A stretch of 64,000 nucleotides of DNA, taken from a virus. Lineage: Duplodnaviria > Caudoviricetes. The position numbers were made by a program, and so were the translations under genes. Positions 1 through 10,441 of the stretch are shown piece after piece (position 1 is the first letter of the stretch; each line of letters begins with the position of its first letter). The stretch spans positions 1-64,000 of the IMG/VR virus record IMGVR_UViG_3300028591_005215; one strand, given 5' to 3'. Under the pieces are notes generated by a model. That model worked only from the letters and a program-made list of their open reading frames with translations, was not told the origin of the DNA and did no database searches.

Positions 1-7
1 AGGTTAA

Positions 8-125
8 TTTTAAGCAAAAATATACTATTCATAATATAGCTAATTTAAGCAAAAATATACTATTCATAATATAGCTAATTTAAGCAAAAATATACTATTC
101 ATAATATAGCTAATTTAAGCAAAAA
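8..125. repeat. 35-bp tandem repeat, about 3.3 copies (TAAGCAAAAATATACTATTCATAATATAGCTAATT)
   Basis: Identical units start at 11, 46 and 81, with a partial unit at 116. Confidence 0.95.
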
Positions 126-343
126 AACAGTTTTCCATTTAATTTTCCTCTATTTTTTTAAAAAATCCTGAAAAAATTAATTTTCCTGAAAAAATTTTTA
201 AAAAATAAATTATTAGTAAAAAAAATTTACATCAAAAAAATTTTCCTCTTGTGCGTCAAAAATGTAACTTGTTGATAATCAGCATTTTAAGTAAATTAAT
301 TGTAGTAAAAAATATTTACATTTAATCTATTTAACATAATTAA

Positions 344-375
344 TTTGTTTATTTACTTATTTTTTTATATATTTG
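344..375 (+). promoter_or_regulatory. Bacteroidota sigmaA-type promoter for the left + strand block
   Basis: TTTG...TATATTTG matches the -33 TTTG / -7 TAnnTTTG consensus. Confidence 0.65.
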
Positions 376-379
376 CCAT

Positions 380-577
380 ATGATATTTAAGTTTAGCATA
401 ATAATGATATTGAGTATTACTTATGGTATAAGTTTTTGCTTATACTTGCGTAATATAAGCAATCGTAAGTTAAGACGATTGAATGGGCGTATTGAGCACA
501 TTCCTTATGACATTAGCTATTACATTATGTTAGCTTGTTTATCTATATTATATATATCAATATTATTATCTAAGTAG
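380..577 (+). CDS. Small membrane protein
   Basis: 65-aa ORF with two hydrophobic segments, directly after the promoter. Confidence 0.5.
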   Translation: MIFKFSIIMILSITYGISFCLYLRNISNRKLRRLNGRIEHIPYDISYYIMLACLSILYISILLSK

Positions 578-584
578 GTTATAA

Positions 585-1121
585 ATGAAACGTATAGAGA
601 TAGGTAGGCATCCTACAATTAATGAAGCATTAAGTGTTGAGTTAACTAAGGAAGCTGAGAAAGAAGCTGCTTTGGAAAAAGAGTGGGCATCAAAATATGA
701 TATGGATGAATATGCATCAGATTGGCGTTTATGGATGCAATCATATGATGAATTTGACGATGATGTGTATGATGACGATTATTATGGTGGTGAATTTGAC
801 ATTACTGATTTTGATAGGGAGACAGCTTGCAAGGACATATATTTTTATGACAAGATAGACTGTGTTAGTCCTGATGGTATTGATGATAATCAATATACTG
901 AAAAGTTCAATAATATTAAGGAATTAAAGGATTATTGCGCTGAGAATGGTATTAATATCCCTACTTCGCAATTGAATGCAATTGATTATCGTACTTGCAG
1001 TCATTGTACAATTGACCCTTCTGATGAGCTTTCAAATACATTGATTAGTGATAGCAGTTGGGGTTCATTATATTGGACTTGTTCTGATTTAATGGATGAG
1101 GTTAAATATAGTCATAAATAA
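585..1121 (+). CDS. Hypothetical acidic protein
   Basis: 178-aa ORF; its C-terminal half resembles the next gene (IxFY..., FN/F...C...I). Confidence 0.75.
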   Translation: MKRIEIGRHPTINEALSVELTKEAEKEAALEKEWASKYDMDEYASDWRLWMQSYDEFDDDVYDDDYYGGEFDITDFDRETACKDIYFYDKIDCVSPDGIDDNQYTEKFNNIKELKDYCAENGINIPTSQLNAIDYRTCSHCTIDPSDELSNTLISDSSWGSLYWTCSDLMDEVKYSHK

Positions 1122-1635
1122 ATTAATAGCAATAATAATGAATAAGGATTTAATTACTATACTCTCTAATTTGGATTCAAGGATGATATTTCGTGATGAA
1201 GCTAAGAGGGTTGAGTTAGAAAAATTAAAGAAGGAAAAGGAAGCTGCTGAGGAAGAAGAGAATGAGCGAATCTATGGCTATCGTTGGCCTAACCAATGGA
1301 TGAAAGACCATAGACAGGATTATATTGATGGCAAGTATCGTGGCTATAAATATGGCATTTCAACAACATATACTAATAATGATTATTGTACTATTAATTT
1401 TTATGAATGGAGTACTATGGAAAATAGCCCTAAGAAATTTTATAGTTACAATAATTTCAATGCTTTTTGCAAGGATTGCAATATTATTGTTAGTGAATTC
1501 CAAAAGAGCAAAATGAAGACTTATAGTTGCATGTATATTACATGTACGCCTGGTGAGAGGACTTTATTAATTAGTACTACAGAAGTAGGCTTGCAGTCAT
1601 TAATAAACGAAGCCAACAACAAACGTAAGGTATAA
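1096..1635 (+). CDS. Hypothetical protein (true start probably 1138)
   Basis: 179-aa ORF in a packed operon. Confidence 0.75.
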   Translation: MRLNIVINKLIAIIMNKDLITILSNLDSRMIFRDEAKRVELEKLKKEKEAAEEEENERIYGYRWPNQWMKDHRQDYIDGKYRGYKYGISTTYTNNDYCTINFYEWSTMENSPKKFYSYNNFNAFCKDCNIIVSEFQKSKMKTYSCMYITCTPGERTLLISTTEVGLQSLINEANNKRKV

Positions 1636-1642
1636 ATTTATT

Positions 1643-2293
1643 ATGAAGAAAGAAATAATTAAAAAGCCATTTGATTTGGAAGCATATAAAAAAGGTGCTA
1701 AGATTCAAACAAGGGATGGTCATGAAGTTAGAATTGTTTGCACTAATGCAGAAAACCCAAGATTTCCTATTATTGCGTTAGCTAAGTTATATAATGAAGA
1801 AGAAGTTGTTGTGCATTATACTTTGGAAGGCAAAGCATTGCTTGCTGATATCATTCATCAAAATGACTTAGTGATAGTTGAGGAAGTTAAAGAACCTGAA
1901 GAACCTGAGTTTTGGAGCGATAAGGAAGATAAACAAGCTAAAGGATGGGTTATCGACTTTGAATCAAATATCGTATATCATACTCCAACACAATATAATC
2001 ATCGGCAACACAAATACTTTGCATCCTGGAAACAAGCTAAATCAGCTATAGCAATGGCAATGATTAGTCAGATAATGGCTAATGATATTGAGCATTTTGG
2101 TGGCGTTGTTACTGATGAAGAATGGGATGATGATGATTTGAAATATGTTATATACAGAAGGAATAATAATATTACTTCTATAGCAGTTACTAAATTTGAA
2201 TACTGCTTTCTTGCTTTCCACACGATGGCACAAAGAGATTTATTTTTGGAGAAATATCGTGATTTAGTTAAAGACTATCTAATGATTGATTAA
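1643..2293 (+). CDS. Phage protein, 'KPFDL...TRDG..VRI.CT' family, copy 1
   Basis: Paralogue of 16694-17326, 23146-23802 and 31618-31923. Confidence 0.85.
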   Translation: MKKEIIKKPFDLEAYKKGAKIQTRDGHEVRIVCTNAENPRFPIIALAKLYNEEEVVVHYTLEGKALLADIIHQNDLVIVEEVKEPEEPEFWSDKEDKQAKGWVIDFESNIVYHTPTQYNHRQHKYFASWKQAKSAIAMAMISQIMANDIEHFGGVVTDEEWDDDDLKYVIYRRNNNITSIAVTKFEYCFLAFHTMAQRDLFLEKYRDLVKDYLMID

Positions 2294-2336
2294 TATGAAA
2301 ACAAGAATTGAAAGAACTTGTTAAACAGCTAAAGAA

Positions 2337-2597
2337 GTGATAATTATGACAAAGGAACAAGTTGTAAACATTCTAAATGGAATGGATTGCGAAATTGCAC
2401 AAATTAAATTTTATTTTAATGGTGGCTGCGGTAATATACTCGTATATTTAGTCAATAAACCTTCAATTGAAGACCAAATTATCAATTCTAATCATTTGTG
2501 TATAATTGATATTACAGAATTTATTGAGGATATAGAAACAAATGGTACCGCTGATATTATAAGTGTCACAGAGTTTATATCTGACTTTAATGATTGA
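2337..2597 (+). CDS. Hypothetical protein, paralogue of 24315-24587
   Basis: Shared N-terminus MTKEQVVNILNGMDCEIAQ and C-terminus VTEFISDF. Confidence 0.8.
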   Translation: MIIMTKEQVVNILNGMDCEIAQIKFYFNGGCGNILVYLVNKPSIEDQIINSNHLCIIDITEFIEDIETNGTADIISVTEFISDFND

Positions 2598-2776
2598 TTA
2601 ATATGAATAAACTACAAATTATTTGGATAATATGCATTATTAATATTGGTATATTATTCTATGCTGCAATATGGGTAAATCCAGATATTACTTTATCAGA
2701 GAAACTTACGTTTAGTGGGGTAGTACTATTTATCCAAAGTGTTTTTGGCATTACATCTTATGATAGTTACAAATAA
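2594..2776 (+). CDS. Small 2-TM protein
   Basis: Hydrophobic; FYAAIW motif shared with the next gene. Confidence 0.65.
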   Translation: MINMNKLQIIWIICIINIGILFYAAIWVNPDITLSEKLTFSGVVLFIQSVFGITSYDSYK

Positions 2777-2789
2777 AATTGATTAAATC

Positions 2790-2975
2790 ATGAAGAAAAT
2801 TCTAATTGCAATACTTGTATGGTTTATTGTGGCTGCGTTCTTTTATGCAGCTATATGGACTAACGAGAAATATACGTTGTCTGAATGCTTTATGCTTACA
2901 GGATTTACCTCTATTGGTCAGATATTGCTTACTATTATATTTTATCCTTTAACACGAATAAATATTGAGGAATGA
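2790..2975 (+). CDS. Small 2-TM protein, paralogue of the previous gene
   Basis: FYAAIW...TLSE motif. Confidence 0.65.
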   Translation: MKKILIAILVWFIVAAFFYAAIWTNEKYTLSECFMLTGFTSIGQILLTIIFYPLTRINIEE

Positions 2976-3208
2976 AAAAGATATTATTATTTGCATTCGC
3001 AGCCTTGATGATGGTTGGATGTAGTGATGATGAATCAGATGCTGATGGTTTTGAAACTATAGTTGTTGATAGTTGTGAATACCTTTATAAAGTAATACCA
3101 TCAACAGGTGGAGCATATGCTGTTATGGCTCACAAAGGTAACTGCCGTTTTTGTAAAGAACGTAGAAAACAAGAGTTAAAAGAACTTGTTAAACAGCTAA
3201 AGAAGTGA
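2972..3208 (+). CDS. Putative lipoprotein
   Basis: Signal peptide with MVGC lipobox; HKGNCRFC motif. Confidence 0.7.
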   Translation: MKKILLFAFAALMMVGCSDDESDADGFETIVVDSCEYLYKVIPSTGGAYAVMAHKGNCRFCKERRKQELKELVKQLKK

Positions 3209-3507
3209 TAATTATGAAAGTCCAAGAAATCATTGATTTGGTAAATAATAAACATTTATATTCATTAAATGATGCGAAAAATGTAATAGGGAATAAGGCT
3301 AAACAAGTGACACGTCAAAGAACTAATGTAGGAAATTGCATGCCTTATAGTACTGCTATTGATATCTATAAATGTGACAATGGTTTTGTAGGCGTATGGG
3401 GAATAAGCCAATTATTTAGTAAAGAAGAAACCTTAGAAGATATGGGTGTAGTTTGCCAAGCTTCGGAATATAGAAAAGAGGTAACGGTAAGATATTGGCC
3501 AAAGTAA
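3205..3507 (+). CDS. Hypothetical protein
   Basis: 100-aa ORF with coupled start/stop. Confidence 0.7.
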   Translation: MIIMKVQEIIDLVNNKHLYSLNDAKNVIGNKAKQVTRQRTNVGNCMPYSTAIDIYKCDNGFVGVWGISQLFSKEETLEDMGVVCQASEYRKEVTVRYWPK

Positions 3508-3580
3508 TAAAAAACGAAAGAAAGTTAAAATAATAAAAAAATCCTTCAAAAGTTTGCGTATTTAGAAATAAAGCATTATA

Positions 3581-4087
3581 TTGGTCAATGTTAAACAAAG
3601 AAATGCAATTATGGAAGGAATAGTAAATGATATAAAGAATAAAGTATTAAATTCTGCACTTGAATTTTATTCAAATTTATGTAGGGAGATAAAAGTTCCA
3701 AAAAGACTAAAATTCAAAGGAAATCCTGAGGATATTTGGGATGTTAATGATTATATTCTTGATATTTTAGACTATTTAGATACTAAATATGGTAATAGTT
3801 CTTCTGAAGTACCTAATTGTTGTATGGAGGATAATCTTGAAGAAATTATTAAGTCTATTAATAGTGATATTGTTTTTAAATATAAGAAAACAGAACGTCT
3901 CGATTGGGAAAATGAATATGAAACTGTAAATACTATAGTTTCATATCATAAATCAAATAATAATTGTTGCAATTCTGAATTATGCTTCCACCAATATACT
4001 GGGTATATGGAAGCACCTGGAGAGATTATTAGATTCCTGATTAGAACTCTATTAGCAGATTTATTAGATAATTATGGTAAACATTAA
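3581..4087 (+). CDS. Hypothetical protein
   Basis: 168-aa ORF. Confidence 0.7.
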   Translation: MVNVKQRNAIMEGIVNDIKNKVLNSALEFYSNLCREIKVPKRLKFKGNPEDIWDVNDYILDILDYLDTKYGNSSSEVPNCCMEDNLEEIIKSINSDIVFKYKKTERLDWENEYETVNTIVSYHKSNNNCCNSELCFHQYTGYMEAPGEIIRFLIRTLLADLLDNYGKH

Positions 4088-4427
4088 ATTTTATACAGAC
4101 TATTCACAGTCAAAGGTTCTTAGCAAGCTACTATCGTATGAGAGTGCGGATATGTATTATTCGAAACATGATACTATTTATGCTGACACGTTATATGATT
4201 CATGTGATATTCAATTTTTTCAGATTCGTGGATATATTCCTTGTTGGTCCTTATCAGCGTTGCTTGAGGTTTTACCCAAGAGTATTAACAATGAAGCATT
4301 ATCCATTAAGACCTCTGCTACATTATGGAATATAGGCTATCAAAACTATTATACTGTAAAAGCAGACAATGCAATAGATGGTTGTTATGAACTTATTGCA
4401 TATTTGCATGAATTAAAATTATTGTGA
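4074..4427 (+). CDS. Hypothetical phage protein (PCWSLSALL motif)
   Basis: 117-aa ORF; motif recognised from Bacteroidota phage proteins. Confidence 0.75.
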   Translation: MVNIKFYTDYSQSKVLSKLLSYESADMYYSKHDTIYADTLYDSCDIQFFQIRGYIPCWSLSALLEVLPKSINNEALSIKTSATLWNIGYQNYYTVKADNAIDGCYELIAYLHELKLL

Positions 4428-4642
4428 TTATGGCATATAGAATTGTAGGTAAGTATAAAAACAACAAACTTATTTATAAAGTTCAAGTTGGATTTCTTTT
4501 TATTTGGAAAACTGTTACTTATTGGGGACCTAGTGCACCTCATCCTGATTTAAATATACCTGCACCATGTACTGTTAATTGCATTTTTAGTAATATCAAG
4601 GATGCAGAAAAATGCCTTAATGGGCTAATGAATAAGCTATGA
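4424..4642 (+). CDS. Hypothetical protein
   Basis: 72-aa ORF, coupled. Confidence 0.65.
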   Translation: MIMAYRIVGKYKNNKLIYKVQVGFLFIWKTVTYWGPSAPHPDLNIPAPCTVNCIFSNIKDAEKCLNGLMNKL

Positions 4643-4658
4643 ATGAACTTAAAATGCT

Positions 4659-5135
4659 GTGATTATGCATAAAAAGAAAAATAAATACCCATTGCCAAGT
4701 AGAACGGTATTATATAGTCACAAAAAACATCTGAAGCCAATTCCAGAAGTTGGTAAGAAATATCATTGTTTTGATGATGGAAAAATAACATTTTCACGCC
4801 ATTTTATAATTCAAGTTGATGAAGTTCTTGGACATCAACAATTTAAGAAAAAATATCCTGAAAAGTTTAAGCTATATCGTGAAGCAGTAAAATCTTGCTA
4901 TTGGATATATGCTACGCATAGTGATAAATTCATCATTTCCTATAAAGGGGAGAATGATGAATTAGGCGTTTATGTAAGAACCAAACAAGGTGGTTGGTTT
5001 GGGATTGGTAATTGTTGGAATGCTGCAACGCTTGATGCAAATGGTGAACTATGGGAAAATCTTATTGCAAATATTGATAATTTTGATTATACCCAAGAAG
5101 AAAAAGAACAAATTATTAAAGGGGGAATGATATGA
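4659..5135 (+). CDS. Hypothetical protein
   Basis: 158-aa ORF. Confidence 0.75.
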   Translation: MIMHKKKNKYPLPSRTVLYSHKKHLKPIPEVGKKYHCFDDGKITFSRHFIIQVDEVLGHQQFKKKYPEKFKLYREAVKSCYWIYATHSDKFIISYKGENDELGVYVRTKQGGWFGIGNCWNAATLDANGELWENLIANIDNFDYTQEEKEQIIKGGMI

Positions 5136-5575
5136 AAGAATTATCAAAAGAGGAAAAAGAATTACTATTGAAAGACCTTTGTGCAAGAGCACCTTATGGA
5201 GTTAAAGTTCAATATAATAATAACATATATAACATTGATTATATTTCGCCAATATATGAGGAAGTTAAATTAGATATTCCTGATAATTATACTGTTATGG
5301 CATTTGAAGTTAAACCATACCTCAGGTCAATGAGAAGCATAACAGAGCAAGAATTACATGAAGTACAGGAAATATTAGGTAAAGGGATTGAAGTTCATAT
5401 TGATTTTATATCTATCGTTGATTCTTCAATAAAAGCACTCTCATATCTTGAATTACAGGCATTATTTGATTGGCTTAACAAGAATATGTTTGATTATCTT
5501 GGGCTCGTTAGAAGAGGTTTGGCCGTAAAAGCTCCAAGAGATATGTATAAAAATAAATTAACCAATTATAATTAA
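5132..5575 (+). CDS. Hypothetical phage protein (LLKDLCAR.PYGVK family)
   Basis: 147-aa ORF; motif recognised from Prevotella/Bacteroides phage proteins. Confidence 0.8.
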   Translation: MKELSKEEKELLLKDLCARAPYGVKVQYNNNIYNIDYISPIYEEVKLDIPDNYTVMAFEVKPYLRSMRSITEQELHEVQEILGKGIEVHIDFISIVDSSIKALSYLELQALFDWLNKNMFDYLGLVRRGLAVKAPRDMYKNKLTNYN

Positions 5576-5577
5576 AT

Positions 5578-7383
5578 ATGACACCAAAGGAAAAAGCAGA
5601 AAGATATGATGAAGCCCTTAGAAGAGCTCGTAAATTAAAAGAAGACCCAACTTCTGTATTTTATGAATACTCTCCATCAGAAGGAGATACAATTGCAGAT
5701 TATATTTTTCCTGAACTCAAAGAGAGCGAGGATGAAAAAATAAGGAAATGGATAAGGAAAGAGTTAGAATCTAAATATGTTGTTGGCAATATTGTTAATA
5801 ATGTGATGGCTGATAAAGCTCTTGCTTGGCTTGAAAAGCAAGGCGATAAAGATAAACTTATAAAGGAACTTGGTGCGTATAAGGTAAAATACACACAAGA
5901 AGTGTTGAGTAATCATCCTTATATTATGAATAAAGATGATGAAAGATTAAGAAATACTACTATTGCTTTTCTTAAAGATTTTGCAGATAAAGGCTATGAA
6001 AATGCTGTAGAGTGCATAGATTGGCTTGAAAAGCAAGGTGAGCAAAAGCCACAAGGTAAGACTGCACTTGAAGCTATCAATGAAGAAAAGGTTGATAATC
6101 AGTTTTGTGTAAAACCTGTAGATAAGATTAAACCAAAGTTTAAGACTAATGATATTATAATCAACATACACTACAGATGGAATGGTAAACACAGGATTAG
6201 AGAAATCACAGACGGTAAGTACATCTTTGACAGCGGAAGTTATATTGACATCAAAGAACAGGATAGTTGGGAACTTGCTAATAAGGTTGAGCCAAAGTTT
6301 CATGAGGGACAGTGGATTGTTTGGCAAGACAAATATTATAAAGTTAACTATAATGGCTGTGGGTATGAATTGATTGACCAAAATGGGACAAGTAAGTCAT
6401 TGGAATATGGAGCTATTGATGAAACTGCACACCATTGGGGTGTTTCTGACGCAAAAGATGGTGATGTGCTCATTGACACTAATGAAAAATTTCCATTTAT
6501 ATTCAAACAGTTAAAACCCTGTGATATAAAAACTGATATAAAAAACCCTTTAGCCGTATTAGGATATTGTGGTATCGGAGGAGCAGGATTTACAAAAGGT
6601 GAGGGGTGGGGAGATACAGCTAATTGCACCTATTATCCTGCCACAAAAGAACAGCGTGAACAACTTGAAAAAGCAATGGCTAATGCGGGATATACCTTTG
6701 ACTTTGATAAGAAAGAATTGAAGAAGATTGTTACTCCTAAGTTTGAGGTTGGAGATACAATGAGAACATTACAAGAAGCTTCTAAAGGTATTACAAGTGG
6801 TTTGCCTGTAGTTGTTTCTATTGATGATGAATATTATCATTGTAACAACGAATTGATTGCAATTAAAGACCAAAATAATTATGAGTATCCACCAATGAAT
6901 AAAAAGCATAATGCTTGGAGTGAAGAGGATAAAAAAAGAATAAAAAATATCCTTTCAGTTCTTGATGCCCAAGTTTGTTGGGATGGGGCTACTATGGAGA
7001 AAAGAAATCCTTATCAAAAGGAAATTGATTGGCTAAAATCACTAAAAGATAGAGTTGTTCCGCAATCAAAGCAAGAGTGGAGTAAAGAAGCTGAAAACAA
7101 CATTTTATTTCTGACTTCTATTATTGAAGAATGTTTTAAAGGCAAAGAAGAAATCACTCTATGTGGTGATACTGTTTGTGCTAATTTCACCAAAGAGAAT
7201 GTTATTGATAGGCTCAAATCCCTTAGACCTCAGAATACTTGGAAGCCGAGTGATGAACAAATAAAACATCTTACAGATGTTGTATATGATGCAAAACATA
7301 AAAATAGAATTTATACAAATGGATATGAGCCATATTCATATCTTTATGCATTGTTAATGCAATTAAAGAAGTTAAAAGGATAA
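5578..7383 (+). CDS. Mosaic repeat-module phage protein
   Basis: 601 aa; repeated WLEKQG, PKF and WS(E/K)E / WKPSDE modules. Confidence 0.85.
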   Translation: MTPKEKAERYDEALRRARKLKEDPTSVFYEYSPSEGDTIADYIFPELKESEDEKIRKWIRKELESKYVVGNIVNNVMADKALAWLEKQGDKDKLIKELGAYKVKYTQEVLSNHPYIMNKDDERLRNTTIAFLKDFADKGYENAVECIDWLEKQGEQKPQGKTALEAINEEKVDNQFCVKPVDKIKPKFKTNDIIINIHYRWNGKHRIREITDGKYIFDSGSYIDIKEQDSWELANKVEPKFHEGQWIVWQDKYYKVNYNGCGYELIDQNGTSKSLEYGAIDETAHHWGVSDAKDGDVLIDTNEKFPFIFKQLKPCDIKTDIKNPLAVLGYCGIGGAGFTKGEGWGDTANCTYYPATKEQREQLEKAMANAGYTFDFDKKELKKIVTPKFEVGDTMRTLQEASKGITSGLPVVVSIDDEYYHCNNELIAIKDQNNYEYPPMNKKHNAWSEEDKKRIKNILSVLDAQVCWDGATMEKRNPYQKEIDWLKSLKDRVVPQSKQEWSKEAENNILFLTSIIEECFKGKEEITLCGDTVCANFTKENVIDRLKSLRPQNTWKPSDEQIKHLTDVVYDAKHKNRIYTNGYEPYSYLYALLMQLKKLKG

Positions 7384-7748
7384 TAAAATTATTTTATTGA
7401 ATTAAATAAAAGCAAATATGCATAAAGAAGATTATATAATTACCATTTGCTTTGATAAGAACGGAGAGCCATATTGGAATTTGTCTTGTAAAGGAGAATC
7501 CAAGTTTGCCACAAAAGAGGAATTGTCGATGATTTCTGACGCATTTGAACTTCTAAAGGAACGTATAGAAATTAGTATCGGAGATTGAGAGACTTGAAAA
7601 AATCAATCAAGAATATAAGAAAACTTGGAAATGGAAATTCAATTGGTTCTATCGTACAATAATAGGTAGGTTAGAAGTTTTGGAAGGATTAAAAGCATTC
7701 CTCAAAACTCTCGAAGTGAAAGAAATTCAATGATTAAATATTGTAACT

Positions 7749-7955
7749 ATGACACAGTATATAAACAAAGATGTTCTGGCAGCAGAGATAGAAAATTACA
7801 TTTCTGCCTACAGAGAACTATTAGCTAAAACAGACAGAAATGATACGGTTTGGATTGACTTTGTATCACAGGTCGAAGCAAAGATAAATGTACTTCAACA
7901 CCTTCTTACTTTCATTGATACGCTTGAAGTAAAAGATGTAAATTTGGAGAAATAA
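7749..7955 (+). CDS. Hypothetical protein (MTQYI family)
   Basis: N-terminus and IDTLE motif shared with 8825-9193. Confidence 0.7.
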   Translation: MTQYINKDVLAAEIENYISAYRELLAKTDRNDTVWIDFVSQVEAKINVLQHLLTFIDTLEVKDVNLEK

Positions 7956-8004
7956 TTGTCTCAGTGAGGGAAAAAAAGTATAAAAGCAAAACATATTAAA
8001 AGTT

Positions 8005-8349
8005 ATGCATGGGTATTACTACAAAGCAGGAAAAGCGTGGGAAGATGCCAAACTATGGGGAGCAACAAAAGATAACCCTCAAAATGATATAGACGTTGAA
8101 CCATTTCTTAATCAAGGCAATTATTGGAACATTGGAACTTTCAAGGAACTTGCAAAAGAAATGCAATTAGTTCTTAAAGCAGATTATTCTTTCCCAATCA
8201 TTCTTGATGAAGATTATAAGTTGATAGATGGGGCACATAGGTTGATTCATGCTTATCTTGACGGTAAAACGCATATTAAAAGCGTTATTATAAGGAATGA
8301 CCAATGGCCTGAACCTGATTATGATGAGGCCAAAGAATGTCATGGTTGA
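8005..8349 (+). CDS. Stand-alone ParB/Sulfiredoxin-like domain protein
   Basis: PIIL...LIDGAHRL motif. Confidence 0.7.
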   Translation: MHGYYYKAGKAWEDAKLWGATKDNPQNDIDVEPFLNQGNYWNIGTFKELAKEMQLVLKADYSFPIILDEDYKLIDGAHRLIHAYLDGKTHIKSVIIRNDQWPEPDYDEAKECHG

Positions 8350-8410
8350 GTCCATCACTATTATTTTTTGATTAATAATATTGGTTTTATAAATTAAACA
8401 TAAAAAGCAA

Positions 8411-8821
8411 ATGTTAGATAAAGATAAAAAAGAACTTAAGGATGGTATTATAAGTATATTTGAAAGATTCAATGTATTTGACCATACTATTGGGGATTTG
8501 AGGAATGATATACTTAAATACATTGATTCCATACAAGAAGAACCTGTAAGCGATGATTTTGAAGAAGCTCTCACAAAAGAGTGGAAAGGTTATAATGATA
8601 GGGGTGCTGCAACTGTTGACGCACTTGAAGATAACACACAAGAATTGACTTTTGCGAAAGGCTTTTATAGAGGTGCTAAGTGGAAAAATGAACAAATGAT
8701 GGCAAAGGCTATTGAAAAAGTAGCAGATTACACTATGTCTGTTCCAAGCATCCATATGAGCCTTCCGCTTGGCGTTAACGTTGGAGACAAGGTGAAAGTG
8801 ATTGTAATTAAAGATAGCTAA
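8411..8821 (+). CDS. Hypothetical protein
   Basis: 136-aa ORF. Confidence 0.75.
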   Translation: MLDKDKKELKDGIISIFERFNVFDHTIGDLRNDILKYIDSIQEEPVSDDFEEALTKEWKGYNDRGAATVDALEDNTQELTFAKGFYRGAKWKNEQMMAKAIEKVADYTMSVPSIHMSLPLGVNVGDKVKVIVIKDS

Positions 8822-8824
8822 GTT

Positions 8825-9193
8825 ATGACACAGTATATAAGCAAAGACGATTTAGTGAAGGAAATAAAGGAACGCATTGAAACCTATAATAAAGGTTATG
8901 CTAATGGTGACGACAGAAGAGCGGATGCCTTGGAAGTGTTATTACAAGACATCGACACCCTTGAAACGAAAGACCCTTATGAACAGTGCGTCCAATATTC
9001 AAGTGTTAAAGATGGCATAAAGGCTCATGCTGAAACTTATTCTTTCAATATAGAAAGTCAGTTGTTTAATCAACTGACAAAAGAACAACAATCGTTGTGG
9101 AGAAAGGAAATAGAACAAGCTGTTATTAGTGGCGGTGACGCTGGTGTTGAACTTGCAAGAGACGCACGTTATAAAGAAAATGGGCATAACTAA
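8825..9193 (+). CDS. Hypothetical protein (MTQYI family)
   Basis: 122-aa ORF, last gene of the + block. Confidence 0.75.
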   Translation: MTQYISKDDLVKEIKERIETYNKGYANGDDRRADALEVLLQDIDTLETKDPYEQCVQYSSVKDGIKAHAETYSFNIESQLFNQLTKEQQSLWRKEIEQAVISGGDAGVELARDARYKENGHN

Positions 9194-9214
9194 TATATAG
9201 CTCAATAGCTGTAT

Positions 9215-9234
9215 AGGTACTTAATTAAGTACCT
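9215..9234. repeat. Palindrome AGGTACTTAATTAAGTACCT (first of 7 copies of the GTACTTAATTAAGTAC core)
   Basis: Other copies at 9986, 10141, 13386, 21754, 26542 and 28866. Confidence 0.9.
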
Positions 9235-9531
9235 TATAGCCTTTTTTAGCATAATTTTAAAAACTATATTATAAAAAATGGGTAGAATGATTTTATTTTT
9301 TCATTCTACCCATTTTGTTTATATAACACATCATATTTATTACATTTTAGCTCTTCTGTTAGAGAGCATATATTGTTCATATTGCTTATCAGTACCGTTT
9401 GGAAATTTCTTATTAAATTTGATTGTTAATTCGCAGCCCTCAATATCACCTGAGCCATAATATCCACAACCATAGCAATCATCATCCATTTTTAAATTAC
9501 AATGCGACATAGTTTACTTCTTCTATATAGT

Positions 9532-9948
9532 TTATAAAATTATTTCCTTTTCAACCCCTCTAATGTTTAAAGCATGTTGAAGCTGATGAACAAACATACA
9601 AGGTAAATGTTCAATAAAAACATTTTTTGAATCAATATAAGCCCAAGGTTCTTTGTATGATGTCCTATTTCCTTGTGGAAATGCAAACCCAATCTTTAAT
9701 TTGTCCTTCTCATTTATATATTCATAATACGGGTATGGATAAATATGCTTGTTGGCAAGAAAATCATTCTTTTCAAGAATCTCTGTTGTAACTGATATAG
9801 GTTCGCAATCGCACAGTCTTGCATAGTGCATACGATTTTCATTATCTTTGATATGGTAGCCAACTTTCTTTTTTGTTATACTTGCTACTTTGATTATCCT
9901 ACCTTTATAAGATAGATAATCTGATATCATCAATTCACTTGCTTTCAT
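9532..9948 (-). CDS. Hypothetical phage protein (MKASELMI...VHQLQH family)
   Basis: 138-aa ORF. Confidence 0.8.
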   Translation of the reverse strand: MKASELMISDYLSYKGRIIKVASITKKKVGYHIKDNENRMHYARLCDCEPISVTTEILEKNDFLANKHIYPYPYYEYINEKDKLKIGFAFPQGNRTSYKEPWAYIDSKNVFIEHLPCMFVHQLQHALNIRGVEKEIIL

Positions 9949-10156
9949 AGATTTATCCCTTTTAGGCTATTTAATATTGCTATAAGTACTTAATTAAGTA
10001 CCTACATTGGTATGTACAACGTTAATTGGTAATTCTGCTTTTGAAGGAACTGTATGGCCATCGTTCATACATCATTCATATCAATATTATTATGAATTAC
10101 TAATTATTTCTTTATAATTTATATGCTATTTGCTATATATGTACTTAATTAAGTAC

Positions 10157-10441
10157 CTATACTTGTATTATAGATAAATCATTAGGATTAACTTTATATT
10201 TATTTACTATGTATTCCTTATGCTCTTTAGCTTTTATAATTGTCATTGGATGCGGTGTTTCACACATGTATATATCGGTTGTATATATAAATATATACCC
10301 ACGTTGAATTCCTCTATTAGCTTCAAACCAATCGTTTGTCGCTTCCAACATCGTATTTGGTGAGCATACGTATTTTATTGCGTAATAATTAAAATCAAAC
10401 ACATCTTTTATACGTGTTAAGATTCGTTTAAGTTTTTTCAA
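10157..10441 (-). CDS. Hypothetical protein
   Basis: 94-aa ORF; its stop abuts the palindrome. Confidence 0.6.
   Translation of the reverse strand: MKKLKRILTRIKDVFDFNYYAIKYVCSPNTMLEATNDWFEANRGIQRGYIFIYTTDIYMCETPHPMTIIKAKEHKEYIVNKYKVNPNDLSIIQV

Noticed and set aside
8005-8349. Cognate ParB for the parS at 33599
   Set aside because: Only 114 aa, with no HTH or dimerisation domain and no ParA nearby.
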